A DNA stretch of 64,000 nt from Bdellovibrionota bacterium FG-1 (GCA_051382295.1 JBBCAW010000022.1:11120-75119), one strand, 5' to 3'. Positions 1 through 10,521 are shown, counted from the stretch's first letter. Notes: generated from the sequence alone by a model not told the origin. A program made the numbers and translations.

Positions 1-845
1 GTACATCCATCGTTACAGGCGGCAAATATCCCAGTTTTAAAGGTCGTTTGAAGCGTAGTAAAGGTATCCGAAAGCTTCGTGCCCGCAGTAGCGGTGGCCA
101 ACCCGCCCAACGAATCCACCAAATTAACCATCGCCGAGGCATAAGCACAACCATCCGACTGCTGCTGACTACCATCGACGGCGTTAAAATCAGCCGGCGC
201 TGCCATATGGGCCACCGTATCGCTGATCCAGGCTAAATCGCCGCCTTTTTTGCCATTCGGATAAGGATTTCCATACCGATTTTCAAGCCCGCCGATAGAC
301 GCTAACACCACGAAAAACAAATACGAGTTCGCGTCATCCACCCGATCGCGCGGACTCAAGGTGCCCGGATTATCGGTGGTCGCATTGAAAATATTGACGG
401 GCAAAATGACCGCGCTCGGCGAAATAATCGACTGTACGGCGTCCTGCGCAAGCTGGGCCCCTTCAACGACGCGGTCCTTGGTCGTGGAGGGAAACTCGGT
501 CGCCAAAAACTCCCAAAAACCGGAGCCGACGAACTTGCTCAGGTTGCTGGACAAATCTCCCACGACGTTAAAAAGATTAATATGGGCGTTGCAACCGTAG
601 GCGGCGGCCATCAACATCCGAATACGATTATCGGTATATTTTGAGGCATAAACGGGCTTAAGAAGCGCAACCGCCTGATCGCAATCCATCCGGCTCAGCG
701 CGATGCTCGCCTGATCGACGATAGCCTGCTTACCCAGCCCGGTAGACGGGTCCATCGCAGGACCACAGGCCGCAATACCCGCCGCCCCGACCCAAAACCC
801 CGCGAATTGAATCATCCATCTTGATCTTTTAAAAGCGTCGAACAT
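1..845 (-). CDS. Putative lipoprotein, runs off the left edge (not in ORF track)
   Basis: Manual translation from ATG 845: MFDAFKRSRWMIQFAGFWVGAAGIAAC-GPAMDP...; lipobox IAAC; frame open to position 1; starts just after the aminotransferase stop. Confidence 0.75.
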   Translation of the reverse strand, partial: MFDAFKRSRWMIQFAGFWVGAAGIAACGPAMDPSTGLGKQAIVDQASIALSRMDCDQAVALLKPVYASKYTDNRIRMLMAAAYGCNAHINLFNVVGDLSSNLSKFVGSGFWEFLATEFPSTTKDRVVEGAQLAQDAVQSIISPSAVILPVNIFNATTDNPGTLSPRDRVDDANSYLFFVVLASIGGLENRYGNPYPNGKKGGDLAWISDTVAHMAAPADFNAVDGSQQQSDGCAYASAMVNLVDSLGGLATATAGTKLSDTFTTLQTTFKTGIFAACNDGC

Positions 846-853
846 CCTGTTCT

Positions 854-2089
854 TTAGCCCTCAAGAAATTTTACGATCCGCTCACAACCTTCTTGAATCG
901 TTCGCTCGTCGGTGGCAAAACTCAGTCGAATAAAATCAGGTTCTCCAAAAGGGGTCCCTGGCACCGCGGCCACTTTAGCCCCCTCTAATAATCGCTCACA
1001 AAACCCCATCGAATCTTCAACTCCTTGAGACCCCGTCTTGAAGTATTGCTTCACCCCGACGAACACGTAAAACGCGCCCTGCGGGATGGATAACTCTAGT
1101 TTGGCCGCTTTTTGCAAAATTTCCAAGACCAGATCGCGACGTTTACGAAAGCTTTCCACCTGCCATCTAAACTCGGATTCGGGCAAATTCAACGCGGCAA
1201 CGCTTGCCCACTGAGCTAACGCATTGATTCCGGAAGTACTTTGCCCCTGCAAGGTATTCATTCCCTGGGTCACCAGGCTTGGAGCCACGCTCCAACCCAC
1301 GCGCCAGCCGGTCATCGCCGCGCTTTTCGACATTCCATTGACGGTAATCACGCGATCTCGCAGCGCCGGACAAGCCTCCAAAAAAGAAGTGAACGGCAAA
1401 TCGCCTCGATCGTTAAAGCTGATTCGATCATAGATTTCGTCGCTGATCACCCATACGCCTTCGGCCCCCGGCATGGTCAACAACACCTCGCCTAAAGCCG
1501 CGAGTTCAGCGCGAGAATACATCGCTCCGGTCGGATTCGAGGGCGAGTTGATCATTAAGATTTTGGTTTTATCCGAAAGCGCCGCGCGAAGCTGCGTGGG
1601 ATTGATTTTAAACCCTTGGGCAAAAGAGGCCTGAATCAAGCGCGGCACGCCATTCGCCAACTTGGTCATCTCCGGATAACTCAGCCAAAATGGGGCGGGA
1701 ATCAAGACCTCATCCCCTGGATCCAGCAACGCCAGGAACGCATTAAACAGCGCTTGTTTTCCGCCATTGGTGACGATCACGTCACTCGCTTTCCAGGGTT
1801 GTGTGGCCGCAACCGATGGTTGTTGTGCATTGGTTTTTAGGGCAATCGCCTCGCGCAGTTCTGGAATCCCCGCTGAAGGCGTATACTTGGACTTGTTGGC
1901 ATCAACGGCGGCCTTGACCGCGTCCTTGGCAGCCTGAGGCACTGAAAAATCAGGCTCCCCGGCCGAAAAATTAATGACGTCAACCCCTTGGGCCTTCATT
2001 TGATTGACCAAGGCATTGAGTTTGAGCGTGGCACTTTCCGAAACACCATCGAGCCTTCGAGCTAATTTGAACGAACGGGACATGGTCAT
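854..2089 (-). CDS. aspC: PLP-dependent aminotransferase class I/II (aspartate aminotransferase-like)
   Basis: GEPDF, NSPSNPTG, SDEIY and SKSAAMTGWRVG (PLP lysine) motifs. Confidence 0.9.
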   Translation of the reverse strand: MTMSRSFKLARRLDGVSESATLKLNALVNQMKAQGVDVINFSAGEPDFSVPQAAKDAVKAAVDANKSKYTPSAGIPELREAIALKTNAQQPSVAATQPWKASDVIVTNGGKQALFNAFLALLDPGDEVLIPAPFWLSYPEMTKLANGVPRLIQASFAQGFKINPTQLRAALSDKTKILMINSPSNPTGAMYSRAELAALGEVLLTMPGAEGVWVISDEIYDRISFNDRGDLPFTSFLEACPALRDRVITVNGMSKSAAMTGWRVGWSVAPSLVTQGMNTLQGQSTSGINALAQWASVAALNLPESEFRWQVESFRKRRDLVLEILQKAAKLELSIPQGAFYVFVGVKQYFKTGSQGVEDSMGFCERLLEGAKVAAVPGTPFGEPDFIRLSFATDERTIQEGCERIVKFLEG

Positions 2090-2598
2090 CAGCCTTTCTT
2101 AAGAGGAATCTTCTGTTTCAAATGCTCTTGAACCGCGAGCGGGACATAAGGCGAAACATCCCCGCCATAATGAAACAGTTCTTTAATCATGGTCGAACTC
2201 ACAAAATAAAGGTGCTGAGCCGTCATCATAAACATCGTTTCAACCGCAGAGTTGATTTGCTTGTTCATGCTGGCCATCATGAATTCATATTCAAAATCGC
2301 TCGCAGCGCGCAGGCCACGAATCACGGCATGAAATCCATTGTTTCCCGCATAATCCATGATCAGGCCTGGCCAGCGATCGACCAGAACATTTTTTCGATC
2401 TTTCACCACCTCCCGAATGAGCTCCACCCGTTCTTGGGGCGAGAAGAGCGGGCTTTTCGCGCCCGTCCCGGCGACCACGATCGTGACCTCGGAAAAAATA
2501 TTCAAGGCGCGATCCAAAATATCCAAATGTCCATTGGTAATAGGATCGAAAGACCCCGGATAAATAGCCCGTCGGTTTTTTGAGGGATTCGTCATCAA
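2089..2598 (-). CDS. coaD: Pantetheine-phosphate adenylyltransferase
   Basis: YPGSFDPITNGHLD, RGLRAASDFEYE, VSSTMIKE motifs. Confidence 0.97.
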   Translation of the reverse strand: MMTNPSKNRRAIYPGSFDPITNGHLDILDRALNIFSEVTIVVAGTGAKSPLFSPQERVELIREVVKDRKNVLVDRWPGLIMDYAGNNGFHAVIRGLRAASDFEYEFMMASMNKQINSAVETMFMMTAQHLYFVSSTMIKELFHYGGDVSPYVPLAVQEHLKQKIPLKKG

Positions 2599-3188
2599 TG
2601 GCTGTCCTCTGGAGAAGTCCTCTGATAGGTCGTCAAAATGCTGTCGCTATATTTTTTTTCACGAACCTTGGTCAAAAAATCGGTTTTCTCGGGAAGCTCT
2701 TGAACCTGGGATTTTTGGGCGCCCCATTCCAGGCAAAAATACCCTTCAGGGACCAAAAGCTGCTCCCAACTCAACTGCTCGAGCAACTTCATCTCCCAAC
2801 CTGCCGCATAGGGAGGATCCGCCAAAATCAAATCAAAGGGCTTGCGACCAGCCATATGCTTGTTGGTCCGTTCGACGGAGTCGTCAATCACCTGAACCCG
2901 ATCCAGCACGCCGAGCGAGACGGCATTTTTTTGGATGAGTTGAATCGCCGGCTTTGCATTTTCGATAAACACCGCAAAAGACGCCCCTCGCGAAAGAGCC
3001 TCAAAACCGAGCGCCCCCGACCCGCCAAAGAGATCCAAGACCCGCGCCTCAGGAATCACGAATTGAAGCGAATTAAAAAGGGCCTGTCTCAGCCTCGCTT
3101 GGGTCGGACGAAGAAATGCGTGGCCCGCCCTCTCCGGAGGCGTTTGTATAGAGCGGCCGCGGAACTCACCACCGGTCAGGCGAATCAT
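2595..3188 (-). CDS. rsmD: 16S rRNA m2G966 methyltransferase
   Basis: RPT..RLRQALFN, LDLFGGSGALGFEALSRGA, DPPY; usual synteny with coaD. Confidence 0.95.
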   Translation of the reverse strand: MIRLTGGEFRGRSIQTPPERAGHAFLRPTQARLRQALFNSLQFVIPEARVLDLFGGSGALGFEALSRGASFAVFIENAKPAIQLIQKNAVSLGVLDRVQVIDDSVERTNKHMAGRKPFDLILADPPYAAGWEMKLLEQLSWEQLLVPEGYFCLEWGAQKSQVQELPEKTDFLTKVREKKYSDSILTTYQRTSPEDSH

Positions 3189-3206
3189 GACCGAAAGAGT
3201 ATAATT

Positions 3207-3950
3207 TTATGCGGTTTTTCTCAAGGAATTGCGGCGAACGGGTATCTTAAATTCAGTCCCGTCTGAAAGCTCAACCCTGAGAGCGCCATCATTGAAGCTC
3301 ACCGTCACTTCTTGACCCTCAAATTCATAACTGAGCTTGAGAGTCATCGTTCCACTCAATTTGACTGAAATGGACGCATCAGAACTCGTGTTTTCTTTCA
3401 TAGGAGTGGTCTCCTGAATGGGTGCCGACCTTGGCAAATGATGAACCGTCGCCTGCGGTTGGGCTGCGACCGGTTCTACCGGTTCGATGACCGCCTCAAT
3501 GGCCTCATCAAAGACCTCGGGAGAAAACGAGCTCACCGGCTGGGCCTGAATGGCTTCAACCTGATCTTGCACAGCCTGGGCTTCAACCTCTGGCTGAGCT
3601 TCATCTGGCTGAGCTTCGATGGCTTGATCAATCAGGTTGGGTCCTGCGGACGGCTCTTCGTCCTTTAAACTACCCAAGGTTTCTTCAATCGAGGTCTCAG
3701 TTCGACCCTCTTGAATTTCAGCCATGGCTTCATCGGCAACTACCTCGGCAACTGCCTCCGTAGGAGCATGGGCTGCCATAATCGCGTCGATATCGTCAAT
3801 GGCCGCTGGGGCCGTCGCCGGTACTGGCGGAGAGACTACTGCCGCTGGAGGCGCACTTGGGGCTCCAGGAGGGTTCATGCTTTTTTGCAGTTCCTCGATT
3901 TCATTCATGATTTTATCGATCTCATCTAAAACTGGGGTGGCGGTCGTCAT
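3207..3950 (-). CDS. Hypothetical acidic, Pro/Ala/Glu-rich protein with small C-terminal beta domain
   Basis: Long ORF; likely start ATG 3950 preceded by GGAG; low-complexity middle. Confidence 0.7.
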   Translation of the reverse strand: MTTATPVLDEIDKIMNEIEELQKSMNPPGAPSAPPAAVVSPPVPATAPAAIDDIDAIMAAHAPTEAVAEVVADEAMAEIQEGRTETSIEETLGSLKDEEPSAGPNLIDQAIEAQPDEAQPEVEAQAVQDQVEAIQAQPVSSFSPEVFDEAIEAVIEPVEPVAAQPQATVHHLPRSAPIQETTPMKENTSSDASISVKLSGTMTLKLSYEFEGQEVTVSFNDGALRVELSDGTEFKIPVRRNSLRKTA

Positions 3951-4124
3951 TCGTGGCTCCCTCATTTTCACATCGCAACTTCGCAACGCGCAATAAACTC
4001 GTCTAAGTAAAAAATCGGCAAAACGGTGGATTAAGTTAAGGAGTTTTTTGACCACCCCAGCTAAATAAAAAATTCAATCTTTTTTCCTCGCCAAAAAATT
4101 TCCTTCACTGGTATCAATGGTCCC

Positions 4125-6947
4125 TTGCCAAAAATGGATCAAAACACACTGAGATCGCTATTGCTCACTGCGGAGCTGCCGGACAAGTGCGTCCAGCGCT
4201 CCAATCGTGACGCACTACCCCACGCACCCCCTCCGCCAGATTTGGGCGAACTTCTGGGTTTCGAACCTCAGTCTCAGAGTGTGGGATTGTCAACGAACTT
4301 AAGCCTTCCCCCCTTACCCCCGCCTCATCCCAATACGGGGCTCGGCGGGGTTCCGGCCCATTTGGCCTCATTGATTCCAGCCTTGATGCGCATCAAAGGG
4401 CTCATTCTTCAAGAACTCGCAGCCAATCCCCTGAAACTTCGAACGCTCAATGTCAGCCGACGCGAGGCGCTCTCTCAGCATCTTGAAAAAATGGCGGGCC
4501 AAAGCGCGGCTCCAGCCACAAACTCATCCCACAAATCAAATCCGGATGGTTCACATCATTTGCGATGTTGGATCGAAGGCCCCCGTGGCCCTGCCCAAAA
4601 TACGGCCCTTCAGGCGTATTTTGAAGAAATTGCCCTTTTGGTCCTCGGCCAGGCCATTTTACTCAAAGCCTGGTCTGATCGAGGACTTCGAACCTGGAGC
4701 AAGTTAGATCTGGGCCAACTCAATTGGGCGTTATCCAGCGCCTTGCGTCCCCAAGTCCCTCTGGATCGCGAAGGTTGGGCGATCACTCGGCAAAATATTT
4801 ATTCTTGGTATAATCCAGGCCCGTCCCTTCAACAGGAACTCTGGACTGCACTCGAAGAATACCGAATCAAGGATGAAGGTCCCGGTATTCTGAGCTTTTT
4901 GATGGGCCCTTCTCGACAGGTGCGGCTTCCTGACGGATGCGCGACCACGGCGGGTTATGATGCACGTTTTTTCAAAGCAGTTTGGGATCACTCACCTCTC
5001 TTTGGCTTTCATCCTCAAGCCTCCACGGGACCGCTGAAGCGCACGAAAGTCGTTTTTTCGCCCACGCTTCGCGAAGGCTCGATGGTCCGGGTGGGGCCCG
5101 TAGCCTTGAGCTGGATTGGCCTAGAAGCATCGGCATTTTCTTTGATCAACGCCGAGCTGGTTCAACTCTGGTGGGGACCCGCGCCCCCTCCCCTTTGGGT
5201 GGTTGGCAATGGACTCGAAGTCCATGCGCGCGACCAGCTGTCGCTGGCGCTCGGTGCTCCCAAGCCGTCTCTGATGTCACGGATTACCGAAATGGAAGCC
5301 TGCGACGCGGCTTTTGTCTTAGAGGAGCGCGCGGTTCGCCCTCAAGGTCGAACCCTTGAAGCCCAGCGACTGAAAGAACAATTGGATGCGCTACCGTATT
5401 TCAAAAAGCTTCGCTCTCCGACGACCTGCTTGGGCGCCCTCCAAGCCTGCGTCGCCCTTTCGAAGCTTCGACCCGGTGGTCTACTTTGGTGGGCCCGCGA
5501 AGAGCCTCTGACCACGACGGAAGGGACCGACGTCCTGCATTTTTTGATGGAACGAGGCAAAATCGTTTGTGAATGGAATTTTTCAGACCTCGAACACACC
5601 CTGCCGGTTCAAATTCCACTTTTCCCAAAACATCTCTACTTGATCGCGCGTGAATCGCGAGTAGAAGAACGCCTCAACCACCGCCCGGTACGAGTTTCGC
5701 TTCAAGGGCAGATTCGAAGCCACGTCGAAATTCCGCTGGTACTCGAAGATGCATTGGGATCGCTCCATCGCCCCGTCACGCCTCATGGTCACTGGAAAGT
5801 TCATGTCCAGCCCAGCCCGACGACTCAGCGAGACTGGATGGACCACTGGCCTGACCCGACTTCGCAAACTCAAATTCGCCTGCTCGAAAATCTGCGGAGC
5901 CAATCCCTCCCGCTCGCGAGCGTCACCAATATCAAAGTCACGCCAGACGGTGACCCTGCCCACGAAGGCGCGTGGTCGGTTCACGCCTCGATGAAAGGCC
6001 TTTGGATTCGCGCCGAAAACGGAGGCGAAGGGCGCCATTTGGTGGCCGAACCCCTGCCGAAGGCTAACGCAGAAGCTAAAGGCTCGGGCTTTATGATTCT
6101 CGTACCTGATGAAAACTGGATCGCCCCGCTGCTCTGTTACTTTCGATCGCCCGAAATTCGCGCATGGCTGGAGCACAACTCGGAGCGCCGAGCAGATCGT
6201 TGGGCCCTCAAAGAACAAACCGTTCGCTTTATTCCGGTGCCAAAACTCCTGCTTCGTGCCCTCGGCGTTTCGGCAGCCATCGACGGAACCCCGACGATCG
6301 AGCGTGAGGCGGCCTCGTTTGCGCTGCCGCTTCCCGGCGAATGGGAAAAACTGGCGGCGGAAATTCCACGTCACCCTCGCGTAGTTTTGGAAGCTCTCGA
6401 GAAACTGCAAAACCAAATCAAAGAAGGTTCAGTTCACGAAGACGCGGCCAACTCGATTCGCGCTAACCTCTTTGTGCGCGCAGCCCGGGCACAAGAATCG
6501 CTCGCCACCGGCCAAAGTCGCCTTTTATCAGTCGTCACGTCTGATGGAAGAATTCGCTGGCGTGAACTTCTAGAAGTTCTCCCCAAAGCGGAGCTCACTC
6601 CCGTTACTTTCCATTCGCAAATTCGAATTGTGGGTCAAATTCCGCCGCATATTCCGATTGGACGATTTGATCGAATCAAGATGCCCGAAGCGGGGATTCT
6701 CCTTTCGACTGAGCTGGGGATGAATACGCAACTCTTTTCGGAGAGCGCGCTCCTGCTCGACATGCTTTGGGAACAACTCGATGGACTGATTCACCCAACC
6801 TGGAGTGAACTGGTCCAATACCTGAGACTCCCCCGTCGTCTCGAGATCGCCGAAACGACGGCCTCGGATGTACTTCGTTCGCATGGCGAGCAAACCCGGC
6901 ATCTTCGTGAGCTCGGCGAAATCATCAAAGCATGTCGCTTATTTTAG
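4125..6947 (+). CDS. Degenerate type IIG/Eco57I-like adenine methyltransferase plus TRD fold protein, catalytic motifs lost
   Basis: 940-aa ORF with collinear echoes of IIG MTase segments (LLKAWSDRGL, VFSPTLREG, WIGLEASAFS, VGNGL, CDAAFVLEE, LSKLRPGGLL, LLCYFRS...FIPVPK) but no DPACGSG or NPPY. Confidence 0.6.
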   Translation: MPKMDQNTLRSLLLTAELPDKCVQRSNRDALPHAPPPPDLGELLGFEPQSQSVGLSTNLSLPPLPPPHPNTGLGGVPAHLASLIPALMRIKGLILQELAANPLKLRTLNVSRREALSQHLEKMAGQSAAPATNSSHKSNPDGSHHLRCWIEGPRGPAQNTALQAYFEEIALLVLGQAILLKAWSDRGLRTWSKLDLGQLNWALSSALRPQVPLDREGWAITRQNIYSWYNPGPSLQQELWTALEEYRIKDEGPGILSFLMGPSRQVRLPDGCATTAGYDARFFKAVWDHSPLFGFHPQASTGPLKRTKVVFSPTLREGSMVRVGPVALSWIGLEASAFSLINAELVQLWWGPAPPPLWVVGNGLEVHARDQLSLALGAPKPSLMSRITEMEACDAAFVLEERAVRPQGRTLEAQRLKEQLDALPYFKKLRSPTTCLGALQACVALSKLRPGGLLWWAREEPLTTTEGTDVLHFLMERGKIVCEWNFSDLEHTLPVQIPLFPKHLYLIARESRVEERLNHRPVRVSLQGQIRSHVEIPLVLEDALGSLHRPVTPHGHWKVHVQPSPTTQRDWMDHWPDPTSQTQIRLLENLRSQSLPLASVTNIKVTPDGDPAHEGAWSVHASMKGLWIRAENGGEGRHLVAEPLPKANAEAKGSGFMILVPDENWIAPLLCYFRSPEIRAWLEHNSERRADRWALKEQTVRFIPVPKLLLRALGVSAAIDGTPTIEREAASFALPLPGEWEKLAAEIPRHPRVVLEALEKLQNQIKEGSVHEDAANSIRANLFVRAARAQESLATGQSRLLSVVTSDGRIRWRELLEVLPKAELTPVTFHSQIRIVGQIPPHIPIGRFDRIKMPEAGILLSTELGMNTQLFSESALLLDMLWEQLDGLIHPTWSELVQYLRLPRRLEIAETTASDVLRSHGEQTRHLRELGEIIKACRLF

Positions 6948-7614
6948 CGCGCAGCTCCTCTTGTAAATCCGGTTGTAATTCTGGTTTTGCTTTGAAGACA
7001 TACTTGGCCATGAGTCTACGCGTGGCGGGATTAGCCTGATTTTGGATCGCTGCCACGATGCCCAATACGGCACCCGGATCGTCTCGCTTGCGGGTCAAAT
7101 AGATTTCGACGGCGCCCATGGGAAATTGATACTTTTCAAAAACACTGGCGGACTCCGACCGATCCATGGAATGCAAAGTCCCATCGAGAAGTTGCAGGGC
7201 TATATTGGCGACTTGATCGTCCTGCCCCAAAAGTCCGGCGGCCAGTTCCAGAAGCTGAAGTTTTTCTTCCGCCTGGCCATCCTTGGGCATTTGTTCCAGC
7301 AGATGAGTAATCTCCCGCACGACGTCTTCGGGAGTCAAAAAAAGACGCCCTAAATAAGCCGCGCGAATGGGAAGCGCGAGGCTCGGGTCCTTGCCTTTGA
7401 CATCCGCCAAATAGTTTTTCAGCGTCGTAGGGAGGGATTCGGGTAATTCAGAAATAATCGGCGTGATCACGAGCGGGGCGGGAACTTTCGTAGCGTGAAG
7501 GACGACGGGGCCAATCGATGCAGGAGCACGAGCGATGGGTTCTCGATCTGCCACAGGATTGTGAATCATCCAATAAAACAGGGCTCCCATGAACAAGACC
7601 AAAGCGACGCGCAT
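6925..7614 (-). CDS. Hypothetical membrane-anchored/secreted helical protein
   Basis: N-terminal hydrophobic segment followed by RAPAS; 229 aa. Confidence 0.65.
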   Translation of the reverse strand: MRVALVLFMGALFYWMIHNPVADREPIARAPASIGPVVLHATKVPAPLVITPIISELPESLPTTLKNYLADVKGKDPSLALPIRAAYLGRLFLTPEDVVREITHLLEQMPKDGQAEEKLQLLELAAGLLGQDDQVANIALQLLDGTLHSMDRSESASVFEKYQFPMGAVEIYLTRKRDDPGAVLGIVAAIQNQANPATRRLMAKYVFKAKPELQPDLQEELRAKISDML

Positions 7615-7624
7615 TCTGGGGGAC

Positions 7625-7652
7625 TCATCGGAAGAATGAAGTGGGGACTTGA
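7625..7652 (-). promoter_or_regulatory. Putative sigma-28 (FliA)-type promoter
   Basis: TCAAG-N16-CCGATGA on the minus strand just upstream of ATG 7614; same spacing as the site at 49958-49985. Confidence 0.45.
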
Positions 7653-7711
7653 GCTGTCAAAATACGAACAGTCCTCTTAATAATTCTGCGTCCAAAGACG
7701 ATGAGAGAAGG

Positions 7712-9370
7712 GTGAAACCTGGTTGTTTTCTATTCATGACCCTTTGCCTCTTTCGGAGCATGACCGCATGCGATGCCGCATGGGCTGGTGAGGGCACACC
7801 CCGCTGTCTTGCGGAACTTCTCGACATGCTCGAGAGGGTCGACAGAGACTTTAGTGTAAGAAAAACTGAAGTCGCGCGAACGGCTACCGACAGTCTCCTT
7901 TTGCCTGGAGCTGCTGAAAATTTAGCCCCCGGGCGAGTCCAGTGGGGCTTCAAGTTTCGGTATGGTTTCTCCCCAAGTTGTTCAAACTCTTGCGCGCCGA
8001 AGTGGCAAATTCAAAAAATCGAGATAACAGAGCATCAAATCTCCATTCAAGTCACGGATGCGACAGGTGCAGCAAAGACCTTAGCGATAGTAGCAAATCC
8101 AATCACTCTGAGTCGGTTAAAAAGGTTCACCACCCCTGGTCCCTCTCTTTCCTTTCTTTCCCTGCGTGGGGCACAAAAGAGACAGGCGGCGGATGCCGTG
8201 GCGCTTGAATTGCATCGACTCGAATCAAAGGGTTTTAGTTCTGCCCTCATCGACTACTTCATCGAGCATCCGGACGAAACCAAGAACAATTCTGACCAAA
8301 CGCTGCAAATGCTCAGGGATCTCATTACGCTCAAACAAACGGGAGATTATCTGGATGGCGCCGCCGCAACCGTGCCTCTTCAGGCCTTTATGGATAGCCC
8401 CATTAGCTACCGCTGGCCCGGCTATAAAGATTCAGTTCGGGGTGAAATTCGTCCCATTCATCAACAGGATTATTTTGGCCTCTCAACGCTGGTTGTGAAT
8501 CAAGGTTATCTCCGTGCGGAGGACCTGATATCTCGAGACGGCGCATTTGAGCTGTTTCTGCGCAGGGTTGATTCTGAAATGCACGGTGGAAAACCAGAAA
8601 GCGAGAAAAGCTATGGACTTTCGGCCTCGTTCATCAATGGGCCTTCATCTAGCAATCTTCACTACGTCAGCGGCAAATTGTTGCGAGACCGTCTCAAAAA
8701 GATGGGGGATACCGGCGGATTGAAACAGACCGGGGATGCCAATGTCGACCAGGCACTCCGCGCTTTTGGTTTCGTTCCGCCTCAATACGCAAACCTCCCT
8801 AGTCAGGTGCGACGGTATATTAGAGATGCTTATCGAGAACGCCTGAATATTTCCGAAGGAGACCTCGATCAATTGGTAAAAATCAGTGAATCGCTAGAAG
8901 AACGAACGAACTATATCATTGGGACCAAGCAACCCTTTGCTGACCTTGAAATCGGCAGCGAAAACGATACGATCCGTTTAAAACCGCTCAAGAAGTTCGA
9001 TATTCTTGGCGCGATCAGTATTGTCGAGTCCTCCTCTGCCCAGGAAAAGCTTCCTCTTGAACTATTTACAGACGTGGTGATCGAACGTCCAAAAAATGGC
9101 ATGGTCATCGAAATTGGGCGGTTTTCGGTTGATCCCGAATACCGAAACTTTTTATCGCGTCATCTCATGTCCGCAGCCTTTCTCACGGCAGCCCGTCGAA
9201 ACGTTGCTAAGATCGTCGTGGAAGTAGAAAAATCCTACGGCGAAGAGCTTCGGGCAAAATTCGGTTTTCAGCTCGTTCGAGAGAGGCGGAACTTTGAAGG
9301 AAAAACGGAATATATTATGGAAGTGTCCCCCGAAGTTCTTTTTCGTCAGGCTTTTTTAGCGGCGCCATGA
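7712..9370 (+). CDS. Secreted hypothetical protein with C-terminal GNAT/acyltransferase-like domain
   Basis: Probable GTG start 7712; signal peptide ending AAWA; C-terminal VIEIGRFSVDPEYRN...KFGFQ GNAT motif. Confidence 0.6.
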   Translation: MKPGCFLFMTLCLFRSMTACDAAWAGEGTPRCLAELLDMLERVDRDFSVRKTEVARTATDSLLLPGAAENLAPGRVQWGFKFRYGFSPSCSNSCAPKWQIQKIEITEHQISIQVTDATGAAKTLAIVANPITLSRLKRFTTPGPSLSFLSLRGAQKRQAADAVALELHRLESKGFSSALIDYFIEHPDETKNNSDQTLQMLRDLITLKQTGDYLDGAAATVPLQAFMDSPISYRWPGYKDSVRGEIRPIHQQDYFGLSTLVVNQGYLRAEDLISRDGAFELFLRRVDSEMHGGKPESEKSYGLSASFINGPSSSNLHYVSGKLLRDRLKKMGDTGGLKQTGDANVDQALRAFGFVPPQYANLPSQVRRYIRDAYRERLNISEGDLDQLVKISESLEERTNYIIGTKQPFADLEIGSENDTIRLKPLKKFDILGAISIVESSSAQEKLPLELFTDVVIERPKNGMVIEIGRFSVDPEYRNFLSRHLMSAAFLTAARRNVAKIVVEVEKSYGEELRAKFGFQLVRERRNFEGKTEYIMEVSPEVLFRQAFLAAP

Positions 9371-10002
9371 TGGAGTTTAGGTAGCGCCTTGCGATCAATC
9401 GTATGTCCCGTGAGAAGCTGGATGAGGAGGAGCCATTTCGTTTCCAACTCCTGCACCTGGTTTGGTTTTGCCTTGCAAGCGAGGATATTAATGATCGATC
9501 CGATGATATTTTCGTGGAGAATTTCGGCGATCAACTTGCTGTCGTGCTCGATTTTGAAAAGGCCCTCTCGCTGTCCCTGTAGAACGTAGCCGTAGTATTT
9601 TTGCCGCACTTGTTCCAGGAGGTGTTCATAAATCTTTTGAAAACGTGGATCATGGGTGGAGGTGTAGTAAAGGAAAATAATCAGGGCGGCTTCACTCTTG
9701 AATTGGGTAGCCCAGTGGTAATTGGCATAAAAATTTTTAACCAACACGTTCAGGGCGCTATCGGTCACGGTCAGGTCCGCCCGTACGATTTGCATCATAT
9801 GATCCAAGATGTGCTCGACGCATGCATGAAGGAGTGCATACTTATCTTCAAAATGATGAAAAATCGCCGTTTGGCCAATGCGGCAAGAGGTGGCGATCTT
9901 TTGAAACGAGGTCTGGGCGAAGCCAAATCGATAAAATAGCCCGATACTGGCTACCACGATTTTTTCGCGAGTTCGGTCCCCTTTGGATGCCTTACGAATC
10001 AT
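9346..10002 (-). CDS. TetR/AcrR family transcriptional regulator
   Basis: N-terminal HTH: REKIVVASIGLFYRFGFAQTSFQKIA...AIFHHFEDKYAL. Confidence 0.9.
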   Translation of the reverse strand: MIRKASKGDRTREKIVVASIGLFYRFGFAQTSFQKIATSCRIGQTAIFHHFEDKYALLHACVEHILDHMMQIVRADLTVTDSALNVLVKNFYANYHWATQFKSEAALIIFLYYTSTHDPRFQKIYEHLLEQVRQKYYGYVLQGQREGLFKIEHDSKLIAEILHENIIGSIINILACKAKPNQVQELETKWLLLIQLLTGHTIDRKALPKLHHGAAKKA

Positions 10003-10130
10003 TCAATATTTTCCATTAACTTAGTATTACTCATTTTGATTTGACAGTAACTAAGTTTTATTTTACACTGCGCGTCATTCAGATCGTTCAAGGGCAATAC
10101 CGCCCACGGCCCTGAGTGTTTGGAGTTCAA

Positions 10131-10481
10131 ATGTTTAAGAAAATCGCCTCGATGATGGTTCTCGCCTCTTTCATCAACCTGTCTGCTGCACTTGCGCAGG
10201 AATGCTCTTTCGATACTGCCCAAGCGGTGGCTATTCAGAAAATTCAAAATCCGGTAGGGCCGCAAATGGACCCGGACCACCTGGTCAAGTCCGTCACTCA
10301 GATCGAAGGCTCCATCAGTGCGACCCCGGTAAACACCGGAGGTGGCTGGGATGATTTCAAGGGCCCTAGGATCTATAACGTCCCCTTCTCGGCCATTCTG
10401 GATCCAGCAATGGTCACAAAAATCGAGTGGTCGGCAAAGTCACGGTTTCTTCAGACTGCAAAAGCGCGACAATTGAAATGA
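10131..10481 (+). CDS. Small secreted hypothetical protein (possibly truncated)
   Basis: GGAG then ATG 10131; signal peptide MFKKIAS...SAALA. Confidence 0.55.
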   Translation: MFKKIASMMVLASFINLSAALAQECSFDTAQAVAIQKIQNPVGPQMDPDHLVKSVTQIEGSISATPVNTGGGWDDFKGPRIYNVPFSAILDPAMVTKIEWSAKSRFLQTAKARQLK

Positions 10482-10521
10482 GCGCGGTGATGCGTTGGAC
10501 GGAATAAAAAGGAGACTGACC

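Noticed and set aside
10018..10057. AACTTAG...CTAAGTT inverted repeat as a TetR operator
   Set aside because: Plausible position, but short arms in AT-rich DNA give too little support.
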